Source: Mobula hypostoma
Taxonomy: Eukaryota
NCBI RefSeq assembly: GCF_963921235.1
Contig: NC_086097.1
Span: 159,404,001-159,468,000, forward strand
Length of the DNA stretch: 64,000 bases
Direction of reading: 5' to 3'
Part shown: piece after piece, positions 11,401 through 23,409 of the stretch
How positions within the stretch are numbered: the first letter of the stretch is position 1
How the letters are laid out: each line of letters begins with the position of its first letter
Made by a program: the position numbers and the translations under genes
The notes under the pieces: generated by a model
What the model was told of the DNA's origin: nothing
Seen by the model: only the letters and a program-made list of their open reading frames with translations
Database searches by the model: none

Positions 11401-12954
11401 TAATTTTAGGTCAGCATAAAAGATGATAGGTGAGAAGGATCTGGATAAGACTAATGTTTCTACAATAAGAGAGACAATGATATGGACATGAAAGTGAGTG
11501 GACTTTCTAATGGAGAAGTTCTGGGACAGAAGCTCTGTATCAGTGGGGGAAACGGTATTCTCCAAATGTCCAGTATTGAACAAGCAGTGCTCTAAGAAAG
11601 CAAGTAGAGAGGTCAAGAAGTGATAAAGAGGTCCTTCTGGGTCTATACACAAGAAAGCTAACAGCCTGTGGATTTTTTCTGGCATGAATTGAACATAAAT
11701 AGGGAAGAAAGTGTAACAATTGCGGCAGTAGTCATGTAAGCAAAATGAAACCAAGGAAGGCTGATAATGAATGATCACTGAACTGGACAATTGTTCAGTG
11801 CTGGACGAGCATGGTGTGTTTGACTGTGACAGAAAATGTGTGGTTAAGAAGGTAGGAAAAGAAAATTCCATTTTGGTGACCACCACAGAAAATGTAACTA
11901 ATGACATTGGCTCCGGCCAGTAAAACATGGGATCATAAGAATGTTTAGTATGGATCTACGAGAGATGATAGGACATCTAAGAAAGAAAGAGAGAATAGAA
12001 AAAGGAAAAGCTCCCCTCAGATTTATATTTTTAAGAATGATTAGCACTGTCGATAAGGAGCATTTATACTATTTGCTTCAGATAAATAATTACTGAAACA
12101 AACTTATGAATTCACTCAGCATTAAAAGAATGGAAACATTCCAACTTACATTGAAAATAGGCTGCATGCAGTAAAAGGTAATTCTACTCATGTTTAGAAA
12201 GAAATTGAATACAAAGAACAGTCAGAAAAATGGAAGACATGACACATAAAATTCCAGGTCCAATCTGACACTTCACTGCCTCTTGTTAATATGTTATGGT
12301 GCATTGTCTTATCATTTACTGAGCTGTCATTGAGGTGCATTAATAAAGTTGTTCATGGAAGAGGGAGTTACAAGGCTGCAAACAAACCAGATAAGATCAT
12401 AAACTGTGTGAAGAAATTTGAACAAAGCTTGAAGAAAGTTTTTATCATTACGCAACCAACACATTGATTAATGCTGTATGTAGTTCAGGGTAATGTGACC
12501 TACAGTAAAGGACACTGCCTCCTCTTGTATTGCTTGGAGATATTTTGGTATCCTCCTGATGCTTTGCTCCCCACATCTACTGTCTTCCCACAGACACAGG
12601 GTCAATGTACTCAAATGGAACAGAAATACCTTCAAACTGAGTCTGGTGGCTTTGGTGCTTAGTGATCAGTAACCCTCACCACTGTCTCCACATTGAAACC
12701 ACATTAAAACTCTGAGCATTGAAAGTCTTGTCTGTGTGAGATTCTATGCCTCTCTTGATACACTGAATAAAAATGATGTAAATAAGTTTACAATTACCAT
12801 TTTAAGTCGGATCTGGTCAGGGCAAATAATCTGGGGTGTCTAATCTATTCCTGGGTGACAGTGGGGTGCAGGAACGGAAAGTTGGGAATTATTTTTGTTA
12901 GCCCTAGAGGTTAGATGACCCTCAAGTGATTCCTACTTTTATCATAAGATTTAT

Positions 12955-13437
12955 TGATAATTGGTTTATTATTGTCACATATATTGAGGATATGGTGGAA
13001 AACTTTGCTTTGCATATCGTCCATTTAGATCATTCCAAACATAAATATACCAACCAAAGTAGTATGAAAGGTAAAGTAATAACAAAATGCAGAATATAGT
13101 GTTATAGTTACAGAGAATGTTCAGTGCAGGTCAACAATAAGATGCAAGGGCCATGATGAGGTGGACTGAGAGATCAAAAGTTCATCTTTACCAAACAAGA
13201 GATCTCTGTTCAAGAATCTTATAGCAGGATAAAAGCAAAGCAGTCCTTGAGCCTGTTGGCTGGTGTTTTCATTCCTTTGTATCTTTTACCCTATGGAACT
13301 GGGGAATAAAGAGAAGAGACAACGACCAAGGTGGGAATGATCTTTGGTTATATTGGCTCCTTTCCCAAGACAGACGGAGGGGTAGCTGGTTTCCATGACG
13401 GTTTGGACTGTGTTACTACCTCTCTGCAAATTCTTGC
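12955..13437 (-). mobile_element. Rex1/Babar LINE 3' end
   Basis: Minus translation KNLQR..NTVQTVMETSYPSVCLGKGANITKDHSHLGRCLFSL, then a 3' UTR ending gtgacaataataaaccaat. Confidence 0.8.
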
Positions 13438-14134
13438 TGATTGTACCCACTTCATTCATAACCATGGATAGATTTTCTTTGGCTCTAATGGAATTGGGCA
13501 GAAGAGTTTTCCACAAGGCTTAGTGCATGTTGGGTGGAGGTGGGGGGGGGGGTGTTGTTAAACGGGCCTGAACTTTACTCTAGCTCAACACTATGATACC
13601 CAAGCCACTTAAACCTTTGGGTATTTCTTAAGTAGGCTAAATTAAATTTCTCTCCCAAACAATATCAATGCAGTCAGACCATGGAGGGAACAGAGCTTGA
13701 CGCAGATGTCAATGGGTTGGGGTGGAGACAAAGGTGGTTAAGGTAGTTGCATAATGCTTGTGGAAAGGGATGATTAAGGAGCAAATCACATAAGTTGTTT
13801 TAAGCAAAGCTCTTTGCAGCAAGAAGTTCACAAAGGAAATTTGTGTCTCTCTGAAACCATCAAGGTGATGTGTGGTATGAACACATTCTGTGAGAGTTAT
13901 GATTTTGCCAGATCCAGGCAGGCCACTATGAATTGCTTGTCAAGCTGAAACATTCTGTAAAATATTTGGCATTTTATGGATCAATTCACTCTGACCATTT
14001 GGATTCACTAGCTTAGTAAATTTCCAAGTAAACCCATATAGACCCCTCAGCCACCAAGTTCACCAAAACATCATCACCTCAGGGGAAACATCTAAAAATC
14101 CATTTCTGGCAAGGTTTTCAACCTCATTGATCAG

Positions 14135-14285
14135 AAACATGGAGGCATGTGACTACGCACGCTGGATTCTGGAGTAGTAAACCAGGTGAAAGTTTTTGAC
14201 CCGAAACATTGACTGTCCATTTCCCTCCATGGATGCTACGTACCTGACCAGAAGAGTTTCTCCACTGCATTGTTTGTTGATTTGG
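14135..14285. mobile_element. Old head-to-head PLE-end remnant
   Basis: Degenerate hammerhead (ccaggtgaaag...cccgaaacattgactg) and PLE terminus, preceded by an inverted terminus fragment; imperfect flanking repeat gatca(g/a)aaa..atgg. Confidence 0.55.
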
Positions 14286-15054
14286 ATCAAAAATGGACCA
14301 GCTTTTAATAATACCGAATGCTATTAAAGAGTTGTACACATCTCTTATTCAAGTCTTAGACAGAATACTGTACATGCTTAGGTTTCAGGAAGTCTCCTTT
14401 AAAATTAAATGACCAGAGATGGCAAGAGAAAACCTACATGGAGGGAAATAGTTCCATAATCTTCAGAGCAGGAAAGAGTAAAAATAAAAGTGGGGAAATA
14501 CCCCTGATTGACACAGAAGCAGGATATTGAGAATACTGTGACCATGACATTGAGAAAAGTGCAAACATGTGGCAAACAAACCACATGTAGCAACTAAATA
14601 TAAATGTCGGCACTGCTCTCATAGTAACATTCACAGAGAGCTTGACACTACTGATAATCAGTGTCACTTTGCTGCATACTGTCATATTACACAAGTCAGG
14701 AATTGCACTTGCTACATTTGCATCCGGAGCAGGCATTTACCTACACTTTAGGACTCCCAAAAATGCAATAATTTACAAAAGGCACTCATGTCATCACAGA
14801 AACATACTTCAAACAAGAGAAAATCTGCAGATGCTGGAAATCTAAGCATACCTGGCAACATCCTTCCAAGAGATCACTTTTCAGAAGGAGGCTGGGCACT
14901 GTCCTTTACAGGTTCCTCCTTACCCCTGGGAGGGCTATAATAAACCTATTCTTGAACAAGCTTTGGTTGAATAGTGTGACTCTCCTGAAATCAGAGCTGT
15001 AAAGAATAATGCAACATGTGAAATTTAACCACTGTTCCTGAAAGAGAATGATGT

Positions 15055-15250
15055 TTCAGGATTGGACTCTTGATGTCATAATTTACCTCATCATTGCCTT
15101 GCACCTTATTGTCTGCCTGCTCCATGAATTCTTTGTAACTGTAACACTATATTCTACTTTCTGTTATTCCTTTTCCTTTGTACTACTTTGATGTACTGAT
15201 ATGATGAAATTACTGGTATGTATGTCTTGCAAAACCGGTTTTCACTGTAA
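15055..15250 (+). mobile_element. Rex1-family 3' UTR fragment
   Basis: Reverse-complement similarity to 12990-13190 (ccttgcaccttattgtctgcctgc...tgtaactgtaacactatattct). Confidence 0.6.
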
Positions 15251-16657
15251 ATTACGCGTTTTATTTTTAGCTTTTTGAAGTGGTTGAGGAGATTGCTTAA
15301 CCTCCTATAATTGCTGTAAGACCGAAAAAAAAATTGATGTGTTCCAGTTTTTAAGCTCAGCAAACTAAATGTTTCTCATTCACAAAGTAATCAACTCTGG
15401 AAGAGCCATGACCAGTTTTGCTTCTAAGTTATTAACCTAATTTGTATCAATATTAAGACAACACATCATTTATTGACTGAATGCCCAGTTCAGTTTCTAA
15501 TTTTCTGCAGGGATTTGTGACTATTTTTCAAAGTACAAAGTTCAAAGTAAATTTATTATCAATGTCACCATATAATACCCTGAGAGTTATTTTATTGTGG
15601 ACATTCAAATTTCTAAAGTTTAAAGTACATTTATTACCAAAGTATATATACTTTGAGCTGAGACTGCAGTTGATTTGAGTTCACGATTGTATAAGAGAGG
15701 AATACTGAAGTGGTTTCCCATTGCCTTCTTCAGTTGCAGTGTCCATACTGGATGGGTAACCCTGGCCATTGATCAGCAGATTCATCTGCCCAGCCTTTTT
15801 AGTTTTACAACCAACAATTCCAATTGTAAAATCTGCTTGTAAAACCATTCACCACCTGCAAACCATGGCTTCATGTGACCCTGATTGGGAGGCTAAACAG
15901 GTACTATACCTTGCCCACGTTTGCCCAATGAGATTGGTGAACATCAGCCAATAAAGCGAGGAGTCAGAGAGGGTTGTGTTCCATCACCAGACCTGTTCTC
16001 CCTGTACAGTGAAAACATCATGAGAACCATACAAGACCTACCTGGAATAAGTATAGGAGGATACAATATCAACAACCTCCACTATGCAGATGATACAGTA
16101 CTGATAGCAAACAGTGAACTAAATTTACAGAAACTAGTATCTACCATCAACACAGAAAGCAAAAGACTTGGCCTAATCTTAAACAAGAAGAAAACTGAAG
16201 TAATGGTAATATCAAAGAAACCTGATATCCCAAACTGTAGGATCATATTGGGAAATGAAATCCTGAAACAAGTTCTCAACTTCAAGTACCTTGGATCATG
16301 GGTAACATCTGATGGCAAATGCGAAACAGACATAAAAGCAAGAAAAGCAATGGCGAAACATCCTAACGAACAAGAAAATAGCAATTGACATCTGCCTTAC
16401 AACTCTCAGCTGCTACATTCTTCCTATACTGATGTATGGCTGCGAGTCATGGACCATCACAAATGCAATGGAAAAAAAATCAATGCAGCAGAGATGTGGT
16501 TCCTCAGAAGAATGCTATGCATATCATATACGGACAGGATAACCAACAAAGAAGTTCTACAGAGAAGAAAAACAAAATGTACATTACTTAAAAAAATCTA
16601 AAAACAGCAATCAAAATTCTTTGGACTCAACATGCGAAGAGAGACATTAGAACATTT

Positions 16658-16693
16658 AGTCCTGACGAAGGGTCTCGGCCTGAAACGTCGACT
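16658..16693 (+). ncRNA. Minimal type I hammerhead ribozyme motif
   Basis: agtc-CTGACGA-agg(gtctcgg)cct-GAAA-cg-TC-gact: perfect core, 4-bp stem I agtc/gact. Confidence 0.8.
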
Positions 16694-16755
16694 GCGCTTC
16701 TTCCTATAGATGCTGCCTGGCCTGCTGCGTTCACCAGCAACTTTGATGTGTGTTG
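16661..16755 (+). mobile_element. 95-bp PLE 3'-end insertion inside the RTE ORF
   Basis: Near-identical to 5713-5807; perfect 14-bp TSD TTAGAACATTTAGT at 16647-16660 and 16756-16769. Confidence 0.92.
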
Positions 16756-17519
16756 TTAGAACATTTAGTTACAACTGGAAAGCTGGAAGGGAAAAGAAGC
16801 AGAGGCAGACAGAAAATGAAAATGATAGATGGAATAACATCATGGTTAGAAACGGGGGAGGCAACAACTACAATTCGGAGGGTCAGGGACTGTGATGGAT
16901 GGAGAGACATGATCGCCCACACTGAACGGCAAGGCACCTGAAAGATGATATATACTTTGTACAACTTTGAGATTCGTCTACTTATATGTAACTACAAAAC
17001 AATGAAATCCTATAGAACCTGTTACAAAAATTTCCCCTTAGTAATAGTGATCATTTAGTCTAGAGAGAATCTCTATTTACTGGCAAGTACCTTTATTGGC
17101 TCAGTTTATAAGCACACGAATCTACACCTGCGTCCACACCTAAGTTTCCCTGATCTTCCATGAACAGTTAAAGAATAGAAAAAGTAATATCCATGCTCCC
17201 GATCTAGTCTCCACATGGCTGTGGGGCACTCCAGCTCTGTGATAGTTAGTCTCTGGAGAATTGTCGCTGCTTTGCATTCAAAGCTCTTACTTTTAAAACT
17301 TCTGAGCAGTTCAAATATTGCATTTCCATCTCATTGGCTTGAGGTCGCCTTCTTATTGACTCTGGTCCAGGGTTACAACCAGTGTAGTTCTATGGTCTTT
17401 GCCCTTAGCCTTGTTCTTTACAACTCTGACCGGTTCAAACCAGTCAAACCAGGTGACCCAGACAGCGAGCCTAATGAGATTAGAAATCTACTGACAGGAG
17501 AAGGAGCAAAGGCAGCTTC

Positions 17520-17905
17520 TTGGTGCTTCTTGGTTAGATGGGTCTCATCAACTGTGGTTGACTGCTCATCTAGGAGAAGGAAAACTCCAATCTCAAGCCT
17601 CCACTGCCTTGAGTCTGTACCCACTGATGGGGGAGGCTTTGGGAGTAAACCCCAAGGAAAAATCTGGAACTGGATTTCCTAAGGCAGTCCTACATTGAGT
17701 TCATCATTGACTGGCAAATCCTGCAACAATACTAGTGACAAACAGCATCGGTCTTTGCCGTTCTGTTGGATTCATCAGCTGCATGGAAAGGGGGAGCCTG
17801 CTGCACGGGCAACAATTTGCTCTCCTTATGGTACTGCCTTGGCTTGCGTATAAACATTGATAGCTTAGACACAACATTCATAGTTGACTCTGACCAACAG
17901 AGGGT
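17520..17905 (+). mobile_element. Probable RTE-type 5' UTR-derived repeat
   Basis: Contains ctaggagaaggaaaactccaatctcaagcc, a motif I associate with RTE 5' UTRs; non-coding; family assignment tentative. Confidence 0.45.
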
Positions 17906-18459
17906 TCTCTTTGCATGTTTAAATCATGTAATTACGTCTTTGGATGATTTCCCATTAAGGTTTGGAATATCAAAGTACATACAGACATGGATGTTTCAGA
18001 TCTTAATCTACAGTGAATATAAGGAAAATGAGGGTATATGCACCTTAAATCCAATTGTTTCTTGGGTCCACCTTCATGTCTGATAAATGTTCATTCTAAC
18101 TTTCACCACTTTCAACATGAGTTGAACCCCCTTTGTATGATAATGAGAGCTCTCAGGTCTGGATAAGGGCTTCTCTTGATTCTGCAATCTGCCTTTATAA
18201 AGTCCACAATGGGCGCAGAAATAAAAGTGCTCCTATTTCTTCCTTTGTTTAGCAACAGCAAAATAAATCCTCTTCCCAGAACTGCAACACTATTGGTGAT
18301 TGATACTAGTGCATGCTCACTACTCTCACCTCTATTCCTGTTCCCATTCTTGTCTACATTGGCCTACTTGAGATAGTTGTTGTATGTTAGGTGGCTGCAG
18401 TCATTTGTAGCCGGATGAAAAGTTTCACGGAGCACATCAGACTTTGGAAGGGCACTCAT

Positions 18460-18750
18460 AGTCAAATTTGAGTTTATTGTCATATATTTCTCCTCATTCG
18501 TGTACGCAAGGGTACATTGGGAAACTTACCAGCAGCAACATAACTGGCATATAGCAGCAAATGCACAACATTTGCAAGTAAGACAAATTATACAAAAATT
18601 GTACAAGAAAGAGCGTGATTAGAACAGAATAAATGAAGTCCATTGTAGTACAAAGTGATCATGATGCTGATATACTGAGCTATTAATTAGGGTTGTACAG
18701 GTTGGTTCAAGAACTGAATGGTTGAAAGGAAGTTGGCGTTCCTGGATTTG
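18460..18750 (-). mobile_element. Rex1/Babar 3' UTR
   Basis: Minus strand ..FLSTIQFLNQ-type ORF end, then UTR ending gacaataaactcaaatttga; similar to 27512-27800. Confidence 0.7.
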
Positions 18751-18914
18751 AATATCTTGGAGGATCTATCTTGAACCCCACACAATGATGCAATCATGAA
18801 GGAGGCACACCAGTGGTTCTACTTCGTTAGGAGTTTGAGGAGATTTTGTATGAAACCAAGGACTCTTCCAAATTTCTCTAGATGTACAGTGGAGAGCATT
18901 CTGACTGGTTTCAT

Positions 18915-19390
18915 TGTAGTTTGGAGTGAAGCCTCCAATGCTCAGTAATGTAGTTTGGAGTGAAGCTTCCAATGCTCGGTAGTGTAGTTTGGAGTGAAGC
19001 CTCCAATGCTCAGTATTGTAGTTTGGAGTGAAGCCTCCAATGCTCAGTATTGTAGTTTGGAGTGAAGCCTCCAATGCTCAGTAATGTAGTTTGGAGTGAA
19101 GCTTCCAAAGCTCGGTAGTGTAGTTTGGAGTGAAGCCTCCAATGCTCAGTATTGTAGTTTGGAGTGAAGCCTCCAATGCTCAGTATTGTAGTTTGGAGTG
19201 AAGCCTCCAATGCTCAGTAATGTAGTTTGGAGTGAAGCCTCCAATGCTCAGTAATGTAGTTTGGAGTGAAGCTTCCAATGCTCGGTAGTGTAGTTTGGAG
19301 TGAAGCCTCCAATGCTCAGTATTGTAGTTTGGAGTGAAGCCTCCAATGCTCAGTAATGTAGATTGGAGTGAAGCCTCTAATACTCAGTTT
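18915..19390. repeat. Minisatellite, 14 x 34 bp (TGTAGTTTGGAGTGAAGCCTCCAATGCTCAGTAW)
   Basis: Exact 34-bp period counted directly; three recurring variants; no spacers. Confidence 0.97.
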
Positions 19391-19486
19391 TGCAAGAGGC
19401 TGCAGAGGGTTGGAAACTCAGCCAGCTCCATTCCAGCCATCGAGGACATCTTCAAAAGCTGGTGCCTCTGGATGGTGACAGCCACA

Positions 19487-20603
19487 ACAAAAGAATGCAG
19501 TTTTTGAACTACAGTTCAGCATTCAACACCGTAATTCCTTCCAGGCTTGACAAGAAGTTCAGAGACCCCGGCCTTCACCCTGCCTTGTGCAGCTGGTTCC
19601 TGGACTTCCTGTCATATCATCGGCAGGTGGTAAGAGTGGGCTCCTTCACCTCTGCCTCTCTGACCTTCAACACAGATGTCCCTCAGGGCTGTGTACTAAG
19701 CCCCCTCCTTTACTCTCTGTATACTCATGACTGTGTTGCAACCCACAGCTCCAATCTGCTAATTAAATTTGCTGACAACACTACGCTAATTAGCCTATTC
19801 TCAAATAATAACGAGGCAGCGTACAGAGAGGAAATCATCACCCTAATACAGTGGTGTCAAAAAAACCTCTCCCTGAATGTCACAAAAACAAAGGAGCTGG
19901 TTGTGGACCACAGGAGGAATGGAGACAGGCTAACTCCTATTGACATCAATAGATCTGGGGTTGAGAGGGTGAACAGCTTTAAATTCCTGAGCATAAACAT
20001 CACCAAGGTTCTCACGTGGCCTGTACATATCGGCTGTGCGGTGAAAACGGCACTGCAGTGCCTCTTTCACCTCAGACGGTTGAGGAAGTTTGGTATGACC
20101 CCCAAATTCTAAGAACTTTCTACAGGGGCACAATTGAGAGCATCCTGACTGGCTGCATCACTGCCTGGTATGGGAACTGTACTTCCCTCATTCACAGGAC
20201 TCTACAGAGAGTGGTGTGGACAGCCCAGCACATCTGTAGATGTGAACTTCCCACAATTCAGGACATTTACAAAGACAGGTGTGTAAAAGGGGCCTGTAGG
20301 ATCATTAGGGACCAGATTCACCCCAACCACAAACTGTTCTAGTTGCTACCATCCAAGAAACGGTACCACAGCATAAAAGCCAGGACCAATGGGCTCTGAG
20401 ACAGCTTTTTCCACCAGCCCATCAGACTGCTTAATTCATGCTGATGCAACTGTATTTCTATGTTATATTGACTATCCTGTTGTATATAATATTTATTATA
20501 AATTACTACAATTGCACATTGCAAATTTGAATGGAGACATAACGTAAAGATTTTTACTCCTCATGTATTTGAAGGATGTAAGTAATAAAATCAATTCAAT
20601 TCA
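19487..20603 (+). mobile_element. 5'-truncated Rex1/Babar LINE (RT + C-terminus + tail)
   Basis: RMQFLNYSSAFNTVIP, PQGCVLSPLLYSLYTHDC, IKFADNTT, LSLNVTKTKELVVD, FYRGTIESILTGCITAWYG; ends aataaaatcaattcaattca. Confidence 0.92.
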
Positions 20604-20958
20604 CCATCAGGGATATCCCCTCTTCTTATTACTACCAGCAGGGAGGTGGTGCAGGAGGCACACTCAACAACTCAGAGACTGTTTCTTCTCCTTCATCATA
20701 AGATTCCTAAACAGTCCATGAACTACCTCATTATTTATTTTTTAGCACTACTTACTTATTTTGTAATTTATAGTGATTTAATTTTAAACCTGCAGCCCAT
20801 CACTGTTGACTATCCATCACAATTGACATCCATGATGTGGGTGAAGGTGGAACATTTGTTTTTTTATTTGATCAGAGAGTTCTTTAATTGTAAGGCATGC
20901 CTGTGTTTCACAATTCTTCAATACTGTCTTTTCTACAGAATAACAATTCCCAAGAGAT

Positions 20959-21720
20959 GACGTTTCAGGCTGAGACCCTTCATTAGGACTGAAAAGGAAG
21001 GGAAAAAGTCCCGAATGAGGATACGGGGAGGAGGGGGAGTGGAGGATGTAAAGGATTACAAGCTGGCAGGTAAGGCCAGGTCTGGGCAAGGTGGTGTGGT
21101 GGGGGAAGGGGAATGCAGTAAGAAGCTGGAGAGGGCATAGTTGGAGGAGGTAAAGGGAGGAAGAAGAATGAATCTAATAGGAGAGAACAGTGGACCATGG
21201 AAAAGAGAGAAGGATGGGAAATAGAGGGAGGTGATGGGCAGGTGAAGAGAAAAGAAGACGTGAGATTGTAACCAGAATGGGGAATGAAAAAAGAAAGAAT
21301 GAGGGTGTAGGCAGAAATTACCAGAAATTAGAGAAATCAAAGCTATTCCTATCAGATCGGAGGCTAACCAGACAGAATATGAGATGTTTCTCCTCCAACC
21401 TGTTAATGGCCTCATCATGGCAGTAGAGGAGGCCATGGAGGACATGTCAGAATGGGTATGGGTAGTAGAATTAAAATAGGTGGCCACTGGAAAAACCCCT
21501 AGTTTGTGCCAACAGGGAGAAGATGCTTGAAGAAGCGGTCCCCCATTCAACATTGGGTCTCACCAATGTAGCAAAGGCAACAACTGGACCACTGGATGCA
21601 ATAGATGACCTCAACAGATGAAGCTAAAGTGTTGCCTCATTGAAAGTTCTGTTTGGAACCCCAAAAGGTGGTGAGGAAGGAGGTGTGGGTGCTGGTGTAG
21701 CACTTGTCATACTTGTAGTG
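20959..21720 (-). mobile_element. Penelope-like element: GIY-YIG endonuclease + pLTR
   Basis: Minus translation VIYCIQWSSCCLCYIGETQ...PVATYFNSTTHTHSDMS; hammerhead motif with a mutated core (CTAATGA) at 20959-20991. Confidence 0.9.
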
Positions 21721-23409
21721 TCCACTAGCCTGTCGGAGTGAGCTCGGTTAGTTTCAACTCACACGAGTTGCATTCAAGTCAATGTCTTGTGACTTAGTAC
21801 AAGAAATAAGATGGAACAGTAATTCAAACACAAATTTAGTAGGTTATTTGCATGCATACATCCTTAAGTAACTTGAGTTTCAGATTTACTGAACATTGGT
21901 TAGAGTCTCTTTGTTCAACACATCAGTCCAGATAAAACCAGAAAGCTAGCTCAGGATGTGCAATCCAGCAGAATTATTCAGATGAAGCCCAAGGATGCCA
22001 TCTTTGGTTCTTAGCCTGCTCTGAGTGTGCAAAGTTTCTCATTAGGAATGATATTGATTAAATATGATGTATTTTCTTGGGTGCTGAACCATTGATCAGG
22101 TAACAGTAGTTTGTGATCAATGTGATTTAATTAATTTTGCATAGAATATACGACTTTACTGAGACAAAAATAATCAGATACGAAGGCTTGGTTAACTATC
22201 ATGACACCAATGTTAGCAAGAGAAAGAAAGGAAATTATATATTTATATGTGGACTTCCAATACCTTATGATGTCCACAAGCATTTCCCAACTATCTATCT
22301 ACTTGTCCTTCTTTGTGTGGTAACATAGAAAACATGTAAATTCACTTGCATCTAGATCTCACAAGACCAGTTGACAATGACCCAGAAAACGTATTTTTAT
22401 TTAAAGAGGTGACGATGTTGCATGTTGTTCATTGATTTTTCAAAATGTTCAATACAAATGGACTTTATTGGCATTCTTAACAAGGAATTGTGATTGAAAG
22501 GACTGAAATTAGTACTGCAAAACATTACAGCTTTGTCCAGCCTGGATTCACTTTGAAATCGGTTCCTGCTTTGTGTGCAGGATCAGTGAATTTACCCTTA
22601 AAGAGCTTTAATTAGTGTAGATTTTTAATTACAGGAATAACTGGTTTAAAGTGAAGACTACACAACAGTTAAATTCTCATTTTAATCAAGCATAATAAAC
22701 GATGGTGCGTTTACTTACTCAGAGAGCTTACAAATCCAAGCAAAAAAATAAATTCATCAAGGGACATCTTTTGAATGCAATGTGTCTTCAGTCTTGTTTG
22801 CCAAGAACTTAAGATCAAAATAAGATCTAAAAAAGATCTAAAAATGCATTCTATAAAACCCATCAGAAGATGTTTTCTTTTTAGTGTGTTAACAAATCTA
22901 TATTTTTGTATAGGCCGCTGGTTCGCATAAGTCCAAATTGGAGGAGTGAATCTGCTGTCTTAGCAGGAAATGATTCAAGGGGAACGAAGACAGAGCTCGT
23001 TGACTCTCAGTTTCATCTCCCTTGTCCAAAACTTATAGTGAAATAAGCATGCTAGACAATCAAATCTCCTTCTGCCATGTTATTTCCACCATTCTATTTT
23101 GTACTCTTGATATATTCTAGGATTCCTGATTCTGAATGATGCCACTGTCCACATCACTCTTTAGAGGTGTTAGAAGTTGCAGGATTCCCATCCAAACTCA
23201 GAACCTTGCAGCTTCTTCATTGTTGCTCACTGGACCTTTGCTGATTGTTCTCCTCCACTGGCATACAGCTGTGAATCAGGAACTCCCTACAGTACCCTAG
23301 CATGAGTTGAGAAAATGCCAGCTGAGATCCTGGCACCAATATAAATACGGACTTTTTTCAACTGAGCAAAATGGCTGTAAGTGTACGTATCAGGAAAATT
23401 TTCTAACTG

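Larger units (their letters stand above)
15656..16947 (+). mobile_element. RTE-clade LINE insertion: inverted 5' UTR piece (15656-15920) + RT/C-terminus (15921-16947)
   Basis: IKRGVREGCVPSPDLFSLYSE, INNLHYADDTVLIA, GLILNKKKTEVM, FKYLGS, LMYGCESWT, AAEMWFLRRML, GKLEGKRSRGRQ; 12-bp TSD ATATATACTTTG at 15644-15655 and 16948-16959. Confidence 0.9.
18751..20790 (+). mobile_element. Old Rex1 ORF C-terminus, containing a minisatellite and a nested younger Rex1
   Basis: EDLS*TPHNDAIMKEAHQWFYFVRSLRRF...CTVESILTGFIVVW before the repeat; CKRLQRV after it; resumes ~20604 with GYPLFLLLPAGR. Confidence 0.8.

Noticed and set aside
11200..11928. 242-aa minus-strand ORF
   Set aside because: Crosses a repeat boundary at ~11400, lies on a pyrimidine-rich strand where stops are rare, and has no recognisable motif. 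The origin of 11400-12000 remains unassigned.
18915..19390. CRISPR-like array (34-bp partly palindromic repeat)
   Set aside because: Units are directly adjacent with no unique spacers, the unit derives from Rex1 coding sequence, there are no cas genes, and the context is eukaryotic.
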